A DNA stretch of 64,000 nucleotides from an uncultured Bacteroidales bacterium (GCA_944322715.1 CALUPT010000009.1:56671-120670), one strand, 5' to 3'; numbered from the stretch's first letter, positions 1-10,185 are shown. Notes: generated by a model from the letters alone, not told the origin. Numbers and translations: made by a program.

Positions 1-509
1 TCTGCAGGGTCGAACTTCTGTACAGATACGGAGGAGTGTGGTTAGATGCGACAGACTTCGTGACATCACCGGTACCTCAATGGATAATGGATGAGGATTT
101 CTTCATCTACCTCAGCGGAGACACTCTCAAAGGCTCGTATTCATTTGTGCAGAACTGTTTTTTCAGATCCCGGAAAGGGAGTTATCTCATCAAGACATGG
201 CGGGCCGCCATCATGGCATACTGGACTTCCGAAAACTGCGCAATAGACTACTTCGTCCATCAGTTGCTTTTCAAGCTGACCGTAATGAACAACCCTTTGG
301 CAAAGCGATACTTCGACAGAATGCCGCATCTGATCCAGGATCCCACACATAACCTCTGGTGGAAATACAGGGACATGCCGTTCGACAGGACGACCTTTGA
401 AAAAGAGACTTCCGGCTCCTTTTTCCAGAAGACTGAATACAAGTCAGAAGCTGCAATGCATCCCGTACCGGGCAGTTTCTCGGATATAATGCAGAACATG
501 TACAAATGA
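1..509 (+). CDS. capsular polysaccharide synthesis glycosyltransferase (Caps_synth-like), 5' end outside window
   Basis: Frame is open to the window edge. Upstream of the listed Met it reads RVELLYRYGGVWLDATDF, the family signature. Stop overlaps the next start (ATGA 506-509). Confidence 0.7.
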   Translation, partial: CRVELLYRYGGVWLDATDFVTSPVPQWIMDEDFFIYLSGDTLKGSYSFVQNCFFRSRKGSYLIKTWRAAIMAYWTSENCAIDYFVHQLLFKLTVMNNPLAKRYFDRMPHLIQDPTHNLWWKYRDMPFDRTTFEKETSGSFFQKTEYKSEAAMHPVPGSFSDIMQNMYK

Positions 510-1372
510 AGTGCACGAAAAGACTTTTCCTTTTTGCAGGATACGACAGTCAGGGTATTGTCGGTCCATCTTTGGAATATTATGTGCAGGCACTTGCCAG
601 ATACGGGGATATTGTGCTGACAATGGACACCGACTGCCAGCCGGGGATGCTCGACAGGCTGTCGGGGAAAGTTTTGCACGCACACGCGGAAAGGCATGGA
701 GAATATGACTTCGGGTCATACAAGCGTTCCTATATGTGGATATCCGGACACACGGGGCTGTCCGGATATGATGTCTGTTATCTCGTCAACGACTCCGTAT
801 TCGGTCCTCTTGCCGATATCGGACCATATCTCGAAAAGATGGAGTCCCTCGGCACGGATGCTTTCGGCCTGGTCCTGAATCCCCACCGGAGGCACCCTCA
901 TCTGCAGTCATGGTTCATAGGAATGCACAGGAAAGTGTTCCTGTCCGACATGTTCTGCAGGTTCATCTCCGGTGTGACTGCCCAGAAAGACAAAAATGCC
1001 GTATGCGACCTTTACGAAACGGGGCTGACAAATCTGTTCGATTCGGAAGGATTCAGTTATGATGCGCTGTTCCGTGTCAAAGGGAAGAAAATATACAATG
1101 CCGTCGAGACGCTATGCAGGCTCGGACTGCCTTTCATCAAGAAATCAGCGTTCACAAGGCACGGAGGCTCGCTCGGCAGACAGATAAGGCATATTCTGGA
1201 AAATACCGAAGACAAGGCTCTGACATCGGCCGTAATATCCGATATCGACCGGCTCTACGGTCCGGGCTACTGGTCCCGGCTGACCTCCTGCTCCAGGACA
1301 GGAGTCTGCCTCAGATATTTCCGGTATATGATCAATAAACTTTTCCCGAAAAAATCAGTTTTGTTCCGGTAA
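506..1372 (+). CDS. rhamnan synthesis protein F (RgpF)-like glycosyltransferase
   Basis: 288-aa ORF. Motifs FAGYD...YVxALxxxGDIVLxMD...YLVNDSVFGP...QSWF are typical of RgpF-family proteins. Translationally coupled to the upstream gene. Confidence 0.65.
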   Translation: MKCTKRLFLFAGYDSQGIVGPSLEYYVQALARYGDIVLTMDTDCQPGMLDRLSGKVLHAHAERHGEYDFGSYKRSYMWISGHTGLSGYDVCYLVNDSVFGPLADIGPYLEKMESLGTDAFGLVLNPHRRHPHLQSWFIGMHRKVFLSDMFCRFISGVTAQKDKNAVCDLYETGLTNLFDSEGFSYDALFRVKGKKIYNAVETLCRLGLPFIKKSAFTRHGGSLGRQIRHILENTEDKALTSAVISDIDRLYGPGYWSRLTSCSRTGVCLRYFRYMINKLFPKKSVLFR

Positions 1373-1574
1373 TAAATACTCAAAAAAGCATCTCTAAAAA
1401 AGAAAAACAGTAAAAAAGAGAAAAATCTTTCCTCACTTCGTATAAACCTGTTGCCGGGGTCTTGACCGGTATAGTCTGTCCCGATATTTTAGCGGGAAAT
1501 ATCCTGGCCGTCATCCTTCCTCCAGCCGTTTCGGCAGGAATTATTGCGGGCAGGAATAAAAACAGTATTGATAT

Positions 1575-2513
1575 ATGGAGAGAGAGAATGACAACAGGAC
1601 GTCCGCACAAAGGTATGTGGACATCCTGACAGAAGCCGGCTTCAAGGCCGTCTTCGGGGTGGAGAAGAACAAGGACGTACTCATCGGTCTGCTGAACGTG
1701 GTACTTCCGGCTCACCGCAGGGTCACTGACCTCGCATATTCGACGACGGAGGTGCCGGGGTTCACGATGTCGAACAAGAGCGTGAGGCTTGACCTCAGGT
1801 GCACGGGCGAGGACGGGACCAGGTTCATCGTCGAGATGCAGTGCTACCGCCAGCTGAATTTCTTCAGGAGATGCGTGGAGTATGCCGCCAAGGTCTATGA
1901 CTCCGGTTCAGAACGCGGGGACGCTCACGGATACGACATTCCCCCGGTGTATTTTGTCGGCCTGCTGAACAGCGGCGTGCCGAAGTTCGACAGGAGCGAC
2001 AGCGCTGTCTGGAGGGACAGGTATGTCTCGGAATATACATTCCGCGAAAAGGAGAGCCACGAGGTGGTGGATGAGACGATTTTTCTTATCTTTGCCGAAC
2101 TGGACCGCTTCGACAAGAAGCTGGAGGAGTGCGGGAGCATGGCGGACAAGTGGTTCTATTCGCTGAAGCATGTCGGGAGGATGGAGAGGCTGCCGGAGGA
2201 GTTGAAGGTGAAGGTGTTCGAGAGGCTGTTCGAGGCGTGCGAGATAGCGAGGTTCACCCCGGAGGAGAAACTGAAATACGAACACGATATGATGACCGAA
2301 CGTGACTATACGGATATCCTTGATACCTGCAGGGCAGAGGCTTTGGCTGAAGGCGAAGCTATAGGGCTTGCCGAGGGCGAAGCGAAAGGCGAAACAAAAG
2401 GTAAGACCGAGGGAAAAATGGAAGTCGCCCGGGCCATGAAAGCGAAAGGTCTCGGGATGGCTCTGATATCGGAATTGACCGGACTTTCAGAGGAGGAGAT
2501 CATGAAATCTTGA
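1575..2513 (+). CDS. Rpn family recombination-promoting nuclease / PD-(D/E)XK putative transposase
   Basis: N-terminus RYVDILTEAGFKAVFG...NKDVLIGLLNVVLP and a C-terminal (A/G)EGEAxG repeat followed by GLSEEEI are hallmarks of the Bacteroidales PDDEXK_2/Rpn family. Confidence 0.8.
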   Translation: MERENDNRTSAQRYVDILTEAGFKAVFGVEKNKDVLIGLLNVVLPAHRRVTDLAYSTTEVPGFTMSNKSVRLDLRCTGEDGTRFIVEMQCYRQLNFFRRCVEYAAKVYDSGSERGDAHGYDIPPVYFVGLLNSGVPKFDRSDSAVWRDRYVSEYTFREKESHEVVDETIFLIFAELDRFDKKLEECGSMADKWFYSLKHVGRMERLPEELKVKVFERLFEACEIARFTPEEKLKYEHDMMTERDYTDILDTCRAEALAEGEAIGLAEGEAKGETKGKTEGKMEVARAMKAKGLGMALISELTGLSEEEIMKS

Positions 2514-2550
2514 AAGCCTGACGGACAATTCCAACTTACATAAACTATAA

Positions 2551-2611
2551 GTTTATCCGCAAAATACCTCTTGATATGACAGCAGATGGGGGTAATTTTG
2601 CGGATAAGCAT
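2551..2611. repeat. inverted repeat/hairpin (GTTTATCCGCAAAATACC ... GGTAATTTTGCGGATAAGC); its right arm is the left member of a 16-bp long-range inverted pair
   Basis: Read directly. Arms at 2551-2568 and 2591-2609 are complementary apart from one extra A. 2596-2611 (TTTTGCGGATAAGCAT) is the exact reverse complement of 11764-11779. May also act as a bidirectional terminator. Confidence 0.8.
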
Positions 2612-2732
2612 TTATGTCTATGTAAAACAAGGAAGTGTTTTCGCTTATAGAATCGATCGGAATCGGAATAGCAAATCTATCACCTGACCGGCTCAAGGAT
2701 ATGGTTGAAAAGTATTTCAGGATTTAATTGTG

Positions 2733-3692
2733 TCAAACCAATAGTTTTGCAACAACTGAAGTATAGTGTTGGCTTAAATATTTTGCATACTTATTTATAT
2801 TCGGAGCGACGGATAAGCTTTCATCCATTGCTCTCGTAAAACTATCATAATCGGTAACTCTTTTTGTCATATTACCCAATTCAAAATAATCAGTATCTGC
2901 GTTATCTTCAAAACGTGATATGATATTACAACCCGATGACAATTCCTCAAGGAAACGTGGCGTCACTTGATTAAAACCATTTGTTCTTTTTTCGCCTCCA
3001 TCCATTCCCGGAGTAGAATAAAAAGCCACCTTACTCTTTTTCAACAAAGAAAAATAATCTTCCCTCGTTATGATATTTCCTACATATTCACCCGTATTCG
3101 TATAATACGGGAAATTACCATTTGATATTTCCTTTCTATATACATATTTCAAAGGATGATTTTTGGCATATTCTTCCAAATATTTCAGCAATATTGAATT
3201 TTGCCTTCCAACCAACACTAAATCATATTCTTTTTTAAATTCGGCGTCCGTATCTAATTTATATTTGTCCGGTAACGTAAGCGGCATATGAGAAACTTCA
3301 CGTGCAGGAGTATTAGCCATTAGAAACTCATATACTTCACGGCTTGATACATATAATCTTTCAACATTCGAATATGCCTTATAAAAGGCGGACAATTGTT
3401 CACGCTTTAGATAAAAATCTACAATGCACACTTTATGATTCTTTGCATTCATAAAATTGTTTCTTGTCCTTGCAGATATATCAAAATGGAAACACTTGCT
3501 ATTCCAGGTAAATATTTTGTTAGGGCTCAATCCTATTTTATCAATAAAACCAAACCCTCTTTTCCTTTTAATATTTTTATATAATTTTGCCCCGGGAATA
3601 TTTTTCAAAAGTTCGTCTTCCCATTCATAGAGTAAATCAAATGATGGCCAGTGTTCATAAGACCTTTCCGATATTATTAAAAAATTATCCAT
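2733..3692 (-). CDS. hypothetical protein in polysaccharide cassette (possible glycosyltransferase-like)
   Basis: 319-aa ORF with AT-rich codon usage matching its neighbours. Start overlaps the stop of the upstream gene. No motif I can name with certainty. Confidence 0.45.
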   Translation of the reverse strand: MDNFLIISERSYEHWPSFDLLYEWEDELLKNIPGAKLYKNIKRKRGFGFIDKIGLSPNKIFTWNSKCFHFDISARTRNNFMNAKNHKVCIVDFYLKREQLSAFYKAYSNVERLYVSSREVYEFLMANTPAREVSHMPLTLPDKYKLDTDAEFKKEYDLVLVGRQNSILLKYLEEYAKNHPLKYVYRKEISNGNFPYYTNTGEYVGNIITREDYFSLLKKSKVAFYSTPGMDGGEKRTNGFNQVTPRFLEELSSGCNIISRFEDNADTDYFELGNMTKRVTDYDSFTRAMDESLSVAPNINKYAKYLSQHYTSVVAKLLV

Positions 3693-4938
3693 TATGACAA
3701 TATTTTCTCATTCATTAAATCCATTGAAGCCCCTATAGCAACATCCATATTATAATACTCCCATTCGGCAAATCTACCCAACAGATAAAAACCTAATGGT
3801 TCAAGTATATTTTTCAATTCTTTAATCATACCACGGGTATCGGCTTTCTGTATCGGATATGTATATTTTTCATAATTGTGAATAATATATCTGGGATTAT
3901 AAGGCATTCGGGACAGATTTTCAAGAATCTCATCCTTAGAAATATAATCCGTGAATTCCACTGTTCCCGTCATAATGCCGGACGAATTGTTGCTATTTGA
4001 GAAATTCCCTGTACAGATTATTCTATGTGCATCATACTTCTTATCAGGCAAATACATCCAACTAAATGGGTTCTTATCTATTTTACAAAAAACGGAAGTA
4101 GTACCATGACTTTCCAATTCATCTATAGATTTTATAAAGCCGTACAGGTTCGTTGCACCGGCCAATAAAGATGGAAGATATTTAATGTTACCGCTAAAAA
4201 TGACTCTGTCAAATTCCATTCCTTCCACAAGCCACTTGCTTTCACACCTAGTTATTCTGAAAATTTCTTTATTGTAGATTATTTTCAATCCTGCAGACAA
4301 TCTGTCAGCCAGAAACTGCGACCCTCCTTTTATCGGATAATAAAACGAACTATGCACAAATTGACACTCCTCAATATGGTTCATATTATTGAATATCATT
4401 TCTTCAACTGTAGGCATAGGTAATTTGCCAGACAACCAAGAAAGAGGAACTTGAGTCAGATCACGTCGCCAAACCTTATAATTATATGGTTGAAAATATA
4501 GATTGTACAAAGTTTTACCAAACCTTTGGAGTAAGAACTCATCAAAATTTTGAGGTTTTATCTTCCCCCCCTAGCAATTTTAAGCAAATCGGCAATGAAT
4601 TTTTTCTGAATATGATCCTCAAAGCAATACATATGATTTTCAATAGGATACGGAACATTGTCCATTCCTTCAAACACAACAGAAGAATTCCTGGAAGCTT
4701 TTATAAATTCTTTCTCAACGTTAAAATGCTTCCAAAACCATTCTAATACATCTTCTCGTTTTGTATTGAAAACATGTCCCCCTGTTCTGTGAAACAGACA
4801 TCCTTTGATAATATCACATTTCATCATGCCACCCGGACGAGAATCTTTTTCAAACACAATGACATCGTTACCTGCATCTTTAAGCATATTGGCAATCGCC
4901 AATCCTGACATTCCTGCACCAATTACTGCAATATTCAT
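3692..4938 (-). pseudogene. FAD/NAD(P)-binding oxidoreductase (UDP-galactopyranose mutase / amine-oxidase-like), split by a frameshift in a G7 tract
   Basis: N-terminal ORF (4558-4938) starts MNIAVIGAGMSGLAIA (GxGxxG Rossmann motif). The second frame is open from 4570 and reads GGKIKPQNFDEFLLQRFGKTLYNLYFQPYNYKVW. The frames meet in C7/G7 at 4565-4571, and one extra G gives a single ~415-aa protein. Confidence 0.75.
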
Positions 4939-5008
4939 TTCTCCTTGTTCTTATGCGTTATTTCATATCTTTTATGTCCACTAAAATCAAGAAAACATAT
5001 AATGATTT

Positions 5009-6310
5009 TCACATTATATTTGCCGTGAATTTGTCATAAAAATCGGCTCGGATTTTCATCATCGCTTCAGGATTATAGTATTTCCTAACTTTAATTACTG
5101 CATTTTCAGACAGGCTCTTCTGCAATACGGTATCTGAAGACAGCATAACCATGGCTTTCCCGAACTCCTGCGGAGAATCTGCTATGATACAGTCAATTCC
5201 GTTGGTAAAATCTTGCCCTTCAACACCTTTACTTGTCGTAATGAACGGCGAACTGCTCCATACTGCATCAAGAATCTTCATTCTCATTCCACTTCCTATG
5301 CGTATCGGAACAATCGTTATTTTCCCATTGAGGAAAGTGTGTAGATCCTCAACAAATCCCATAAATTCCACTTCTTTATTATGCTTGTGTATTGTCCGTT
5401 TCGCTTTACGACTCCAGTTGCCTATTATATATATTTTGAAATCAGACAAATTTTCCTTGAGTACAGGCAATATGCATTCACAGAACCAGTTTACACCATC
5501 GTAGTTAGGAAAATGGTCCGACCCTCCGACAAATACAAATTCAGGTGTGCAAGTCTTGAACGGGACAAGTCTGTCCATTTTTATGACAGCTGGAGATACA
5601 TATATCTTCTCTTCGGGAATATATTTTGAAAGGATATTTTTGTCAGTTGCAGTAAGAGTGATTATGTAATCATATCTGCTCAACATGGAAATTTCTTTGT
5701 CTTTTGCCTGCTGATAGCGAGCAATGTCCATTAATGTCGGAGATTGAAGCATTGCCAGTTCATTCCCTCTGCGGATATAGTCTATTTCATGCTGCACGTA
5801 GACTTTTACAGCATTTTCAGGTAAGAAATAGCACATATCCAGCAATTCTCTGAACTCCGTCTGTATAATATCAAAGCCGCTCTCGGCAACATTATGGACG
5901 AACTCACAATATCCGGGATCCAGTTCTGAAGGACGCAGATTGATAAGTGTCCTTATGCGTAGCATCTTGTCGACATTGGGCCTTGAAGGCCAGTATTTAA
6001 AGAAAATTCGATTGTATTTTCTTGTAAATGAAGAGGAAAGACAGTGAAGCACGTGTGCCCTTAATGGCAACCACGATTTGCGTTTTCCTTCTTTTTTCGA
6101 GTATATGAAAAAACCGACATCCGGCCATACCCGTTTCAGAGCATCTATATCTTTCTGATGTCCTGCACGTATTAGTATGGACACCGAATGTATTTTCCTT
6201 AAATAATCTATCATGGAAAATACAGCCTGATTCCCTCCGCTATTTAAAGGGTATGGAATAAAAGGAGATATGAACAATATTTTCTTTACAAAATTTTGCA
6301 TTCTATTCAA
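5009..6310 (-). CDS. glycosyltransferase, GT-B fold (family 4/1-like)
   Basis: 433 aa. N-terminus KILFISPFIPYPLNSGGNQ and C-terminal GFVEDL...PIRIGSGMRMKILDA resemble GT4 enzymes. Confidence 0.7.
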   Translation of the reverse strand: MNRMQNFVKKILFISPFIPYPLNSGGNQAVFSMIDYLRKIHSVSILIRAGHQKDIDALKRVWPDVGFFIYSKKEGKRKSWLPLRAHVLHCLSSSFTRKYNRIFFKYWPSRPNVDKMLRIRTLINLRPSELDPGYCEFVHNVAESGFDIIQTEFRELLDMCYFLPENAVKVYVQHEIDYIRRGNELAMLQSPTLMDIARYQQAKDKEISMLSRYDYIITLTATDKNILSKYIPEEKIYVSPAVIKMDRLVPFKTCTPEFVFVGGSDHFPNYDGVNWFCECILPVLKENLSDFKIYIIGNWSRKAKRTIHKHNKEVEFMGFVEDLHTFLNGKITIVPIRIGSGMRMKILDAVWSSSPFITTSKGVEGQDFTNGIDCIIADSPQEFGKAMVMLSSDTVLQKSLSENAVIKVRKYYNPEAMMKIRADFYDKFTANIM

Positions 6311-6327
6311 TTATTTGAACACTTGCC

Positions 6328-7248
6328 TTATATTGCTTTATGCCGATGAAATCTTAAATATTTAAAAAATAATTTAACGCTATATCTCGGCGTGATACAA
6401 TATATTGATTTACAAAGACTGAAAAGGTCTTTATTCGAATAATTCCACTGCAACGTTTCTCGTAATAAACATCTTATATATCTATATAATGACTGTTTAA
6501 AATATCGATCTTTCCTATAGGAATAATTTTCGCGTAACCAGCGGATGAACATTAAAGTAGCTGTTACTTTCTCTTTATTATATGATTTATCATTAGATAT
6601 GTTGACACCTTCTGCATTTCTCCATAATACAGGATATCCGTGTATTGCAATCGCGCCATCTGCCTCTTGGGCCATTTTGAAAAATGTGGCATCATCCGAA
6701 CACCATGCTAATGGAAAATGAACAAATCCTTTGACCTTATGGTATAGATTTGCACTGAAAATGAATTCACATGCAGCGGAGTTCATTTTACCGAATAACT
6801 TATCACATAGCATTTCTTCCGCTGTAACAGTGTCTTTAAGGCATGAATTTGTTGATATCAATTCATTGCGTTCGGATACAACCGCCAACTGTATCCGAAA
6901 AAATTCCTTTTGCGGGTATTTGGATAAAGTATCATAAAATCTTGACACTATATCAAAAGGCATGATATCATCATCGGAAAAGAAAAAAATATACGGTTCG
7001 AGCGCCATATCAATACAGCGTTCCCAATGCGACAAAAGGTCTTTTGAACCAAGATTTTCCGGGAATTTCTTATAGACAATATCTATTACATCTTCATATT
7101 CCCTCACTACAGAATATATGTCATCCGGAGAATTATCATCTCCAATATATAATGTAAAATCTTTACAAGACTGTCTCGCTATAGAATCAAGTGTTTGAGA
7201 CAGAAAGCGAATTTTGAATGCAGGTATTACAATAGCCAACTTATTCAT
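6328..7248 (-). CDS. glycosyltransferase family 2
   Basis: LAIVIPAFKIRFLSQTLDSIARQSCKDFTLYIGDDNSPDD is the GT-A N-terminal motif with a DxD-type acidic patch. Confidence 0.8.
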   Translation of the reverse strand: MNKLAIVIPAFKIRFLSQTLDSIARQSCKDFTLYIGDDNSPDDIYSVVREYEDVIDIVYKKFPENLGSKDLLSHWERCIDMALEPYIFFFSDDDIMPFDIVSRFYDTLSKYPQKEFFRIQLAVVSERNELISTNSCLKDTVTAEEMLCDKLFGKMNSAACEFIFSANLYHKVKGFVHFPLAWCSDDATFFKMAQEADGAIAIHGYPVLWRNAEGVNISNDKSYNKEKVTATLMFIRWLRENYSYRKDRYFKQSLYRYIRCLLRETLQWNYSNKDLFSLCKSIYCITPRYSVKLFFKYLRFHRHKAI

Positions 7249-7261
7249 TGGGTCAAGTCAT

Positions 7262-7297
7262 GTTTTCCGGCAAAAATAATTATTTTTGCCGGAAAAC
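7262..7297. promoter_or_regulatory. perfect 36-bp palindrome carrying two back-to-back TAnnTTTG -7 boxes (candidate bidirectional promoter/operator)
   Basis: GTTTTCCGGCAAAAATAA|TTATTTTTGCCGGAAAAC, read directly. TATTTTTG lies at 7281-7288 on the + strand and is mirrored at 7271-7278 on the - strand. It sits between divergent starts 7248 (-) and 7305 (+). Confidence 0.5.
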
Positions 7298-7304
7298 ATA
7301 CAAC

Positions 7305-8342
7305 ATGAGTTCAGTAAGCATAATTATTCCGGTCCATAATACAGCCGCATATTTAGAAACATGTATTGATTCTGTTCTTAACCAGACGTTAAAGGACATA
7401 GAAATCATACTTGTAGAAAACGGATCATCCGACAATTCTTATCGGATATGTCTGGATTTAGCCTTTAAAGATTCCCGCATAAAAGTGTTGCAGATTGATG
7501 TTGCCGATCTTTCCACTGCAAGGAACCGAGGAATAGAAATGGCTACATCCGAATATATCGGATTTGTGGACAGTGATGATTATATTGATCCGGATATGTA
7601 CTCAACAATGTATGACTGTGCAACAAAATATAATGCAGATATAGTATGCTGTAATTTTATGTATGTCTTTCCTGATGGAAGGAAATTGCAAAACTTCGCA
7701 GACACAGGAAATATACGTCTCATTTCACCGAAAGAAATGATAGTCTCTATTTTTCAGGAACGGATAAGTTCTTCATCTTGGAGTAAAATATATAAAAAGG
7801 ATATTTTCTCAAAATGGACTTTCCCTGAAGGATATACGTTTGAAGACCACCGTTTAATATATAAAATCATTGCGGACTGCAATATCTGTGTTTATATAGA
7901 TAAGTCATTGTATTACTACCTGCAGAGAGAAGACAGCATTGTCCACGATCTGACATTCAAACGGAGATACCATTATTTCCTCGCAGATTATGAAAGAATT
8001 CTCTTTGCACAGAATTACCCTGAATTTTCAGACACAGAAAAAGCGAGAATAATAAAAAAACAGTTCGATATATGTTTCAATAATCATTTTGGAGGATTTA
8101 TGACTGTTCCTGGTGCACCGGAACAGACTCAAATGATCAATGACATGAAACATAAGTTGCTATCATTTCTTAAAAGTGGATATATTTCCCGACATGACAG
8201 GAGAGCTCTTTATACTATAAAATATCTGTGGTATATATACGATTGGACACATTTTTTGAAATTCCGTAGGCGACGTGCAAGGAAGACAAGGTTAAAGTCT
8301 ATCCAATCCGGAAAACCAGGAATGCACATATTCAATGGATAA
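7305..8342 (+). CDS. glycosyltransferase family 2
   Basis: MSSVSIIIPVHNTAAYLETCIDSVLNQTLKDIEIILVENGSSDNS...GFVDSDD is a classic GT2 pattern. I prefer the Met at 7305 because the track start at 7248 would read through the promoter palindrome. Confidence 0.8.
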   Translation: MSSVSIIIPVHNTAAYLETCIDSVLNQTLKDIEIILVENGSSDNSYRICLDLAFKDSRIKVLQIDVADLSTARNRGIEMATSEYIGFVDSDDYIDPDMYSTMYDCATKYNADIVCCNFMYVFPDGRKLQNFADTGNIRLISPKEMIVSIFQERISSSSWSKIYKKDIFSKWTFPEGYTFEDHRLIYKIIADCNICVYIDKSLYYYLQREDSIVHDLTFKRRYHYFLADYERILFAQNYPEFSDTEKARIIKKQFDICFNNHFGGFMTVPGAPEQTQMINDMKHKLLSFLKSGYISRHDRRALYTIKYLWYIYDWTHFLKFRRRRARKTRLKSIQSGKPGMHIFNG

Positions 8343-9371
8343 TTGCCTCGATATTTCTATTGAGGATTCTTTCATTTTGTCCAGAACTGTACCTTGCATT
8401 TTTGACATAGCATGAATTGCCGACACAAAAGATTCTACCGTGTTTTCACAGAAAATACAATTATTATTTGTACAGTAGTCTCTGATAGACCCTACATCAC
8501 TGGCAATTATCGCTAATCCCATTGACATGGATGTGGTAATCACATTACTTCCTACCGTATCGTCCATAATATTTAAAGAAATATCAGAATCTTGCATTAA
8601 TCCTCTTAAAATATCTTCTGGGACAAATCCGACAGCCCTGACATTGTCATATTTTTGAAATTCAGGATCCAGTTTCCTCTTTCCATGACATATTATGAAA
8701 TCAACATCATGACATTGCTTAATGATATCTGTCAATATGGAATAATTTCTCTGCATATTCCCCATGGAAATAACAACAGGTTTGTCTGATTTATGCGCCG
8801 AGTTTGTTCTTCCATAATATGATGAATCGACATAATGTTTGCCTGTATCTATTTTTAAGGACTTGATCTCAAATGAAGAGAAGAATGAAGATGCAGACGA
8901 TCCTAAAGTAAGCAAAACGTCAATGTCCCGTACACTGTTTTTTATAAAATTTTCATAATCATCACAATATGACTTATACCATGATGGAGTAAGATGCGCC
9001 ATCGCATATATTTTTAACATTGGCACATGCTGACGAATATAATTCGCCAATATATTTTGTGGCACATGCGGAACAAGATATTCTAACAAAAATATTTCGT
9101 CCTCTTGTCTGAGTATTTTGGAAAGCGATTTTGCAATATGATAATAATGCCTCTTGAATAATACATTAGGCTTGAAGATATGGATTTTCTCTAGAAGTTT
9201 ACAAATTTTAGCATTATTTGATATTTTAAATTGCGATGGAGGCGGGATGGCAATCATTTTATATTGGTCAGCATATGCAGAAACAAGCATATCACACATG
9301 TGCTTCATCCCTGCATGATTTCCTTCGGTATTTTCCCATTCCTGAACAATAAGATATTTCATAGAATTCAA
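8292..9371 (-). CDS. glycosyltransferase, GT-B-like
   Basis: 359 aa. The C-terminal half (RAVGFVPEDILRGLMQDSDISLN...GSNVITTSMSMGLAIIASD) resembles the GT1/GT4 nucleotide-sugar binding region. Confidence 0.55.
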   Translation of the reverse strand: MNSMKYLIVQEWENTEGNHAGMKHMCDMLVSAYADQYKMIAIPPPSQFKISNNAKICKLLEKIHIFKPNVLFKRHYYHIAKSLSKILRQEDEIFLLEYLVPHVPQNILANYIRQHVPMLKIYAMAHLTPSWYKSYCDDYENFIKNSVRDIDVLLTLGSSASSFFSSFEIKSLKIDTGKHYVDSSYYGRTNSAHKSDKPVVISMGNMQRNYSILTDIIKQCHDVDFIICHGKRKLDPEFQKYDNVRAVGFVPEDILRGLMQDSDISLNIMDDTVGSNVITTSMSMGLAIIASDVGSIRDYCTNNNCIFCENTVESFVSAIHAMSKMQGTVLDKMKESSIEISRQLSIEYVHSWFSGLDRL

Positions 9372-9393
9372 TCTTTGATATTTGCAACAACTG

Positions 9394-10185
9394 CTATTTC
9401 CTTTTGATTGTAAGCATAATCCAATATTTCTCAGGGTGATTGAAAATGCTGTGTTTAAATGATATTACCTTTTTTGCACCTGTATTTCCAATCATGGCTC
9501 CTCCTGCCGTTGTTGTATATATCCCGGAATATTTGCCTTCCAAATATGATTTGGATGAATAAAATCTGTCAGTCAATTTCCCGTGTGACCAATGCCTGCA
9601 TTTCATAGGAAGTACTTTGGAAACTATGCCGTATTTTTCGAAAGAATTTATGCAGAAGTCTTCAACGTAAAGATCGAAAGAAAAGGAAGGATCAAAGCGT
9701 AGCGAATATTTTCCGATAAGGGTTGAATGGACTATAAGACACTGACAATCAAAAGTATCTACTATCCCTTTTTTCAATAAACCTTTTTCTTTTTTTATAT
9801 TTTCCCCATTCCTGTCCGATTGCCAGCATTCCCCGACGGAGTATCTGTAGATTTTCTTTTCAGTCACTATTGACTTAGCACCGATTGGCCCGTATAAATT
9901 ACCTGTAGACAGATTGTTGAGTTTTGACGCAATGGATTCCTTCGCTTCCCAGTCTTCATGACAGAATACAAACCATGCCGGCTCGGCGAAATCATATCCA
10001 TCGAGAAAAAAATTATAGCGGGATGCTATCCCGATATTCTCGCTCCTGTTGTCAAAAGCAACAAAATCCGCCCCGGAATTATAAACGTTTTTCCGGACCA
10101 GCCTGTCATACATTTTAAAATCCCGGACTACGGATATAAATATTATTTTCGGCAGTTTATAATCACTGTTGCGTGTCTCGCTCAT
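9394..10185 (-). CDS. hypothetical protein, glycosyltransferase-like
   Basis: 263-aa ORF, first gene of a two-gene minus-strand unit in the AT-rich cassette. IIFISVVRD...FDN...HEDWE is weakly GT-A-like. Confidence 0.4.
   Translation of the reverse strand: MSETRNSDYKLPKIIFISVVRDFKMYDRLVRKNVYNSGADFVAFDNRSENIGIASRYNFFLDGYDFAEPAWFVFCHEDWEAKESIASKLNNLSTGNLYGPIGAKSIVTEKKIYRYSVGECWQSDRNGENIKKEKGLLKKGIVDTFDCQCLIVHSTLIGKYSLRFDPSFSFDLYVEDFCINSFEKYGIVSKVLPMKCRHWSHGKLTDRFYSSKSYLEGKYSGIYTTTAGGAMIGNTGAKKVISFKHSIFNHPEKYWIMLTIKRK

Noticed and set aside
7248-7304. Track start at 7248 for the + strand GT2 gene (MGQVMFSGKNNYFCRKTYN...).
   Set aside because: These codons consist of the 36-bp promoter palindrome. 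The conserved GT2 N-terminus begins at the Met at 7305.
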